This document shows, piece by piece, positions 56,701-64,000 of a stretch of 64,000 bases of DNA. Source of the DNA: Eledone cirrhosa (lineage: Eukaryota); assembly GCA_964016885.1 (NCBI GenBank), contig OZ024757.1, positions 3,720,001-3,784,000 of the forward strand. The letters are read 5' to 3'. Under the pieces are notes generated by a model. The model ran no database searches. It had not been told where the DNA came from and saw only the letters and a program-made list of their open reading frames with translations. Position 1 is the stretch's first letter, and every line of letters starts with the position of its first letter. The position numbers and the translations under genes were made by a program.

Positions 56701-59700
56701 GCTGTGCTCGGTAATACAGTCACACTGCACATGCCCAAGACACACAGAGCTGTGCTCGGTAATACAGTAACACTGCACATGCCCAAGACACACAGAGCTG
56801 TGCTCGGTAATACAGTAACACTGCACATGCCCAAGACACACAGAGCTGTGCTCGGTAATACAGTCACACTGCACATGCCCAAGACACACAAAGCTGTGCT
56901 CGGTAATACAGTCACACTGCACATGCCCAAGACACACAGAGCTGTGCTCGGTAATACAGTAACACTGCACATGCCCAAGACACACAGAGCTGTGCTCGGT
57001 AATACAGTAACACTGCACATGCCCAAGACACACAGAGCTGTGCTCGGTAATACAGTAACACTGCACTTGTCCAAGACACACAGAACTGTGCTCGGTAATA
57101 CAGTAACACTGCACATGTCCAAGACACACAGAACTGTGCTCGGTAATACAGTCACACAGCACATGCCCAAGACACACAATGCCGTGCTCGGTAATACAGT
57201 AACACTGCACATGCCCAAGACACACAGAGCTGTGCTCGTTAATACAGTGACACTGCACATGCCCAAGACACACAGAGCTGTGCTCGGTAATACAGTCACA
57301 CTGCACATGCCCAAGACACACAGAACTGTGCTCGGTAATACAGTAACACTGCACTTGTCCAAGATACACAGAACTGTGCTCGGTAATACAGTAACACTGC
57401 ACATGCCCAAGACACACAAAGCTGTGCTCGGTAATACAGTAACACTGCACATGCCCAAGACACACAAAGCTGTGCTCGGTAATACAGTAACACTGCACAT
57501 GCCCAAGACACACAGAGCTGTGCTCGGTAATACAGTAACACTGCACATGCCCAAGACACACAGAGCTGTGCTCGGTAATACAGTAACACTGCACATGCCC
57601 AAGACACACAGAACTGTGCTCGGTAATACAGTAACACTGCACATGCCCAAGACACACAAAGCTGTGCTCGGTAATACAGTCACACTGCACATGCCTAAGA
57701 CACACAGAGCTGTGCTCGGTAATACAGTAACAGTGCACATGCCCAAGACACACAAAGCTGTGCTCGGTAATACAGTAACACTGCACATGCCCAAGACACA
57801 CAGAGCTGTGCTCGGTAATACAGTAACACTGCACATGCCCAAGACACACAAAGCTGTGCTCGGTAATACAGTAACACTGCACATGCCCAAGACACACAAA
57901 GCTGTGCTCGGTAATACAGTAACACTGCACATGCCCAAGACACACAAAGCTGTGCTCGGTAATACAGTAACACTGCACATGCCCAAGACACACAAAGCTG
58001 TGCTCGGTAATACAGTAACACTGCACATGCCCAAGACACACAGAGCTGTGCTCGGTAATACAGTAACACTGCACATGCCCAAGACACACAAAGCTGTGCT
58101 CGGTAATACAGTAACACTGCACATGCCCAAGACACACAGAGCTGTGCTCGGTAATACAGTAACACTGCACATGCCCAAGACACACAGAGCTGTGCTCGGT
58201 AATACAGTAACACTGCACATGCCCGAGACACACAAAGCTGTGCTCGGTAATACAGTAACACTGCACATGCCCAAGACACACAAAGCTGTGCTCGGTAATA
58301 CAGTAACACTGCACATGCCCAAGACACACAGAGCTGTGCTCGGTAATACAGTAACACTGCACATGCCCAAGACACACAAAGCTGTGCTCGGTAATACAGT
58401 AACACTGCACATGCCCAAGACACACAAAGCTGTGCTCGGTAATACAGTAACACTGCACATGCCCAAGACACACAAAGCTGTGCTCGGTAATACAGTAACA
58501 CTGCACATGCCCAAGACACACAGAGCTGTGCTCGGTAATACAGTAACACTGCACATGCCCAAGACACACAAAGCTGTGCTCGGTAATACAGTAACACTGC
58601 ACATGCCCAAGACACACAAAGCTGTGCTCGGTAATACAGTAACACTGCACATGCCCAAGACACACAGAGCTGTGCTCGGTAATACAGTAACACTGCACAT
58701 GCCCAAGACACACAGAGCTGTGCTCGGTAATACAGTAACACTGCACATGCCCAAGACACACAGAACTGTGCTCGGTAATACAGTCACACTGCACTTGTCC
58801 AAGATACACAGAACTGTGCTCGGTAATACAGTAACACTGCACATGCCCAAGACACACAAAGCTGTGCTCGGTAATACAGTAACACTGCACATGCCCAAGA
58901 CACACATAGCTGTGCTCGGTAATACAGTAACACTGCACATGCCCAAGACACACAGAGCTGTGCTCGGTAATACAGTAACACTGCACATGCCCAAGACACA
59001 CAGAGCTGTGCTCGGTAATACAGTAACACTGCACATGCCCAAGACACACAGAACTGTGCTCGGTAATACAGTAACACTGCACATGCCCAAGACACACAAA
59101 GCTGTGCTCGGTAATACAGTCACACTGCACATGCCTAAGACACACAGAGCTGTGCTCGGTAATACAGTAACACTGCACATGCCCAAGACACACAGAGCTG
59201 TGCTCGGTAATACAGTCACACTGCACATGCCCAAGACACACAAAGCTGTGCTCGGTAATACAGTCACACTGCACATGCCCAAGACACACAGAGCTGTGCT
59301 CGGTAATACAGTAACACTGCACATGCCCAAGACACACAGAGCTGTGCTCGGTAATACAGTAACACTGCACATGCCCAAGACACACAGAGCTGTGCTCGGT
59401 AATACAGCAACACTGCACTTGTCCAAGACACACAGAACTGTGCTCGGTAATACAGTAACACTGCACATGTCCAAGACACACAGAACTGTGCTCGGTAATA
59501 CAGTCACACAGCACATGCCCAAGACACACAAAGCTGTGCTCGGTAATACAGTCACACTGCACATGCCCAAGACACACAAAGCTGTGCTCGGTAATACAGT
59601 AACACTGCACATGCCCAAGACACACAATGCTGTGCTCGGTAATACAGTCACACTGCACATGCCCAAGACACACAGAGCTGTGCTCGGTAATACAGTAACA

Positions 59701-62700
59701 CTGCACATGCCCAAGACACACAAAGCTGTGCTCGGTAATACAGTAGCACTGCACATGCCCAAGACACATAAAGCTGTGCTCGGTAATACAGTAACACTGC
59801 ACATGTCCAAGACACACAGAGCTGTGCTCGGTAATACAGTAACACTGCACATGCCCAAGACACACAGAACTGTGGTCGGTAATACAGTAACACTGCACAT
59901 GCCCAAGACACACAAAGCTGTGCTCGGTAATACAGTAACACTGCACATGCCCAAGACACACAAAGCTGTGCTCGGTAATACAGTAACACTGCACATGCCC
60001 AAGACACACAGAGCTGTGCTCGGTAATACAGTAACACTGCACATGCCCAAGACACACAGAGCTGTGCTCGGTAATACAGTAACACTGCACATGCCCAAGA
60101 CACACAAAGCTGTGCTCGGTAATACAGTAACACTGCACATGCCCAAGACACACAAAGCTGTGCTCGGTAATACAGTAACACTGCACATGCCCAAGACACA
60201 CAGAGCTGTGCTCGGTAATACAGTAACACTGCACATGCCCAAGACACACAAAGCTGTGCTCGGTAATACAGTAACACTGCACATGCCCAAGACACACAAA
60301 GCTGTGCTCGGTAATACAGTAACACTGCACATGCCCAAGACACACAAAGCTGTGCTCGGTAATACAGTAACACTGCACATGCCCAAGACACACAAAGCTG
60401 TGCTCGGTAATACAGTAACACTGCACATTCCCAAGACACACAGAGCTGTGCTCGGTAATACAGTAACACTGCACATGCCCAAGACACACAAAGCTGTGCT
60501 CGGTAATACAGTAACACTGCACATGCCCAAGACACACAGAACTGTGCTCGGTAATACAGTAACACTGCACATGCCCAAGACACACAGAGCTGTGCTCGGT
60601 AATACAGTAACACTGCACATGCCCAAGACACACAAAGCTGTGCTCGGTAATACAGTAACACTGCACATGCCCAAGACACACAAAGCTGTGCTCGGTAATA
60701 CAGTAACACTGCACATGCCCAAGACACACAGAGCTGTGCTCGGTAATACAGTAACACTGCACATGCCCAAGACACACAAAGCTGTGCTCGGTAATACAGT
60801 AACACTGCACATGCCCAAGACACACAAAGCTGTGCTCGGTAATACAGTAACACTGCACATGCCCAAGACACACAAAGCTGTGCTCGGTAATACAGTAACA
60901 CTGCACATGCCCAAGACACACAAAGCTGTGCTCGGTAATACAGTAACACTGCACATGCCCAAGACACACAGAGCTGTGCTCGGTAATACAGTAACACTGC
61001 ACATGCCCAAGACACACAAAGCTGTGCTCGGTAATACAGTAACACTGCACATGCCCAAGACACACAAAGCTGTGCTCGGTAATACAGTAACACTGCACAT
61101 GCCCAAGACACACAGAGCTGTGCTCGGTAATACAGTAACACTGCACATGCCCAAGACACACAGAGCTGTGCTCGGTAATACAGTAACACTGCACATGCCC
61201 AAGACACACAGAACTGTGCTCGGTAATACAGTCACACTGCACATGCCCAAGACACACAAAGCTGTGCTCGGTAATACAGTCACACTGCACATGCCCAAGA
61301 CACACAGAGCTGTGCTCGGTAATACAGTAACACTGCACATGCCCAAGACACACAGAGCTGTGCTAGGTAATACAGTAACATTGCACATGCCCAAGACACA
61401 CAGAGCTGTGCTCGGTAATACAGTCACACTGCACATGCCCAAGACACACAAAGCTGTGCTCGGTAATACAGTAACACTGCACATGCCCAAGACACACAGA
61501 GCTGTGCTCGGTAATACAGTAACACTGCACATGCCCAAGACACACAGAGCTGTGCTCGGTAATACAGTAACACTGCACTTGTCCAAGACACACAGAACTG
61601 TGCTCGGTAATACAGTAACACTGCACATGTCCAAGACACACAGAACTGTGCTCGGTAATACAGTCACACAGCACATGCCCAAGACACACAATGCCGTGCT
61701 CGGTAATACAGTAACACTGCACATGCCCAAGACACACAGAGCTGTGCTCGTTAATACAGTGACACTGCACATGCCCAAGACACACAGAGCTGTGCTCGGT
61801 AATACAGTCACACTGCACATGCCCAAGACACACAGAACTGTGCTCGGTAATACAGTAACACTGCACTTGTCCAAGATACACAGAACTGTGCTCGGTAATA
61901 CAGTAACACTGCACATGCCCAAGACACACAAAGCTGTGCTCGGTAATACAGTAACACTGCACATGCCCAAGACACACAAAGCTGTGCTCGGTAATACAGT
62001 AACACTGCACATGCCCAAGACACACAGAGCTGTGCTCGGTAATACAGTAACACTGCACATGCCCAAGACACACAGAGCTGTGCTCGGTAATACAGTAACA
62101 CTGCACATGCCCAAGACACACAGAACTGTGCTCGGTAATACAGTAACACTGCACATGCCCAAGACACACAAAGCTGTGCTCGGTAATACAGTCACACTGC
62201 ACATGCCTAAGACACACAGAGCTGTGCTCGGTAATACAGTAACACTGCACATGCCCAAGACACACAAAGCTGTGCTCGGTAATACAGTAACACTGGACAT
62301 GCCCAAGACACACAGAGCTGTGCTCGGTAATACAGTAACACTGCACATGCCCAAGACACACAAAGCTCTGCTCGGTAATACAGTAACACTGCACATGTCC
62401 AAGACACACAAAGCTGTGCTCGGTAATACAGTAACACTGCACATGCCCAAGACACACAAAGCTGTGCTCGGTAATACAGTAACACTGCACATGCCCAAGA
62501 CACACAAAGCTGTGCTCGGTAATACAGTAACACTGCACATGCCCAAGACACACAGAGCTGTGCTCGGTAATACAGTAACACTGCACATGCCCAAGACACA
62601 CAAAGCTGTGCTCGGTAATACAGTAACACTGCACATGCCCAAGACACACAGAGCTGTGCTCGGTAATACAGTAACACTGCACATGCCCAAGACACACAGA

Positions 62701-64000
62701 GCTGTGCTCGGTAATACAGTAACACTGCACATGCCCAAGACACACAAAGCTGTGCTCGGTAATACAGTAACACTGCACATGCCCAAGACACACAAAGCTG
62801 TGCTCGGTAATACAGTAACACTGCACATGCCCAAGACACACAGAGCTGTGCTCGGTAATACAGTAACACTGCACATGCCCAAGACACACAAAGCTGTGCT
62901 CGGTAATACAGTAACACTGCACATGCCCAAGACACACAAAGCTGTGCTCGGTAATACAGTAACACTGCACATGCCCAAGACACACAAAGCTGTGCTCGGT
63001 AATACAGTAACACTGCACATGCCCAAGACACACAGAGCTGTGCTCGGTAATACAGTAACACTGCACATGCCCCAGATAACAAAGCTGTGCTCGGTAATAC
63101 AGTAACACTGCACATGCCCAAGACACACAAAGCTGTGCTCGGTAATACAGTAACACTGCACATGCCCAAGACACACAGAGCTGTGCTCGGTAATACAGTA
63201 ACACTGCACATGCCCAAGACACACAGAGCTGTGCTCGGTAATACAGTAACACTGCACATGCCCAAGACACACAGAACTGTGCTCGGTAATACAGTCACAC
63301 TGCACTTGTCCAAGATACACAGAACTGTGCTCGGTAATACAGTAACACTGCACATGCCCAAGACACACAAAGCTGTGCTCGGTAATACAGTAACACTGCA
63401 CATGCCCAAGACACACAAAGCTGTGCTCGGTAATACAGTAACACTGCACATGCCCAAGACACACAGAGCTGTGCTCGGTAATTCAGTAACACTGCACATG
63501 CCCAAGACACACAGAGCTGTGCTCGGTAATACAGTAACACTGCACATGCCCAAGACACACAGAACTGTGCTCGGTAATACAGTAACACTGCACATGCCCA
63601 AGACACACAAAGCTGTGCTCGGTAATACAGTCACACTGCACATGCCTAAGACACACAGAGCTGTGCTCGGTAATACAGTAACACTGCACATGCCCAAGAC
63701 ACACAGAGCTGTGCTCGGTAATACAGTCACACTGCACATGCCCAAGACACACAAAGCTGTGCTCGGTAATACAGTCACACTGCACATGCCCAAGACACAC
63801 AGAGCTGTGCTCGGTAATACAGTAACACTGCACATGCCCAAGACACACAGAGCTGTGCTCGGTAATACAGTAACACTGCACATGCCCAAGACACACAGAG
63901 CTGTGCTCGGTAATACAGTAACACTGCACTTGTCCAAGACACACAGAACTGTGCTCGGTAATACAGTAACACTGCACATGTCCAAGACACACAGAACTGT
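44723..64000. repeat. 48-bp tandem satellite, ~400 copies, continuing past the window end
   Basis: Consensus AACACTGCACATGCCCAAGACACACA(A/G)AGCTGTGCTCGGTAATACAGT. Confidence 0.98.

Noticed and set aside
44510-63992. Giant ORFs (up to 3074 aa) as real repeat-protein genes
   Set aside because: They overlap on both strands and in several frames, switch peptide at 1-bp deletions, lack any unique domain or signal peptide, and follow from a 48-bp stop-free unit.

Overview
Repeat-dominated animal genomic DNA. The SINE family, dense (TA)n/(GA)n tracts and LINE content suggest an octopod cephalopod (inference). No host gene can be called with confidence. Mobile elements: a decayed Neptune-type Penelope-like element (PLE), two Tx1/L1-clade LINE copies ending in microsatellites, a decayed near-full-length RTE LINE, about 10 copies of a tRNA-derived SINE and non-autonomous Helitron-like elements. 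Two large tandem arrays: 99 bp x ~149 (15.6-30.4 kb) and 48 bp x ~400 (44.7 kb to window end). Main observations: (1) both arrays appear to have arisen inside the 3' ends of different non-LTR retrotransposons, with parent sequence still in register at the flanks; (2) about a dozen whole or partial type I hammerhead ribozyme motifs from several unrelated families, including an apparently intact U3-A8 core-variant hammerhead at 30-125; (3) many long fold-back palindromes bounded by (TA)n, several carrying mirror-image hammerheads. The giant ORFs in the ORF track are artefacts of the 48-bp repeat.
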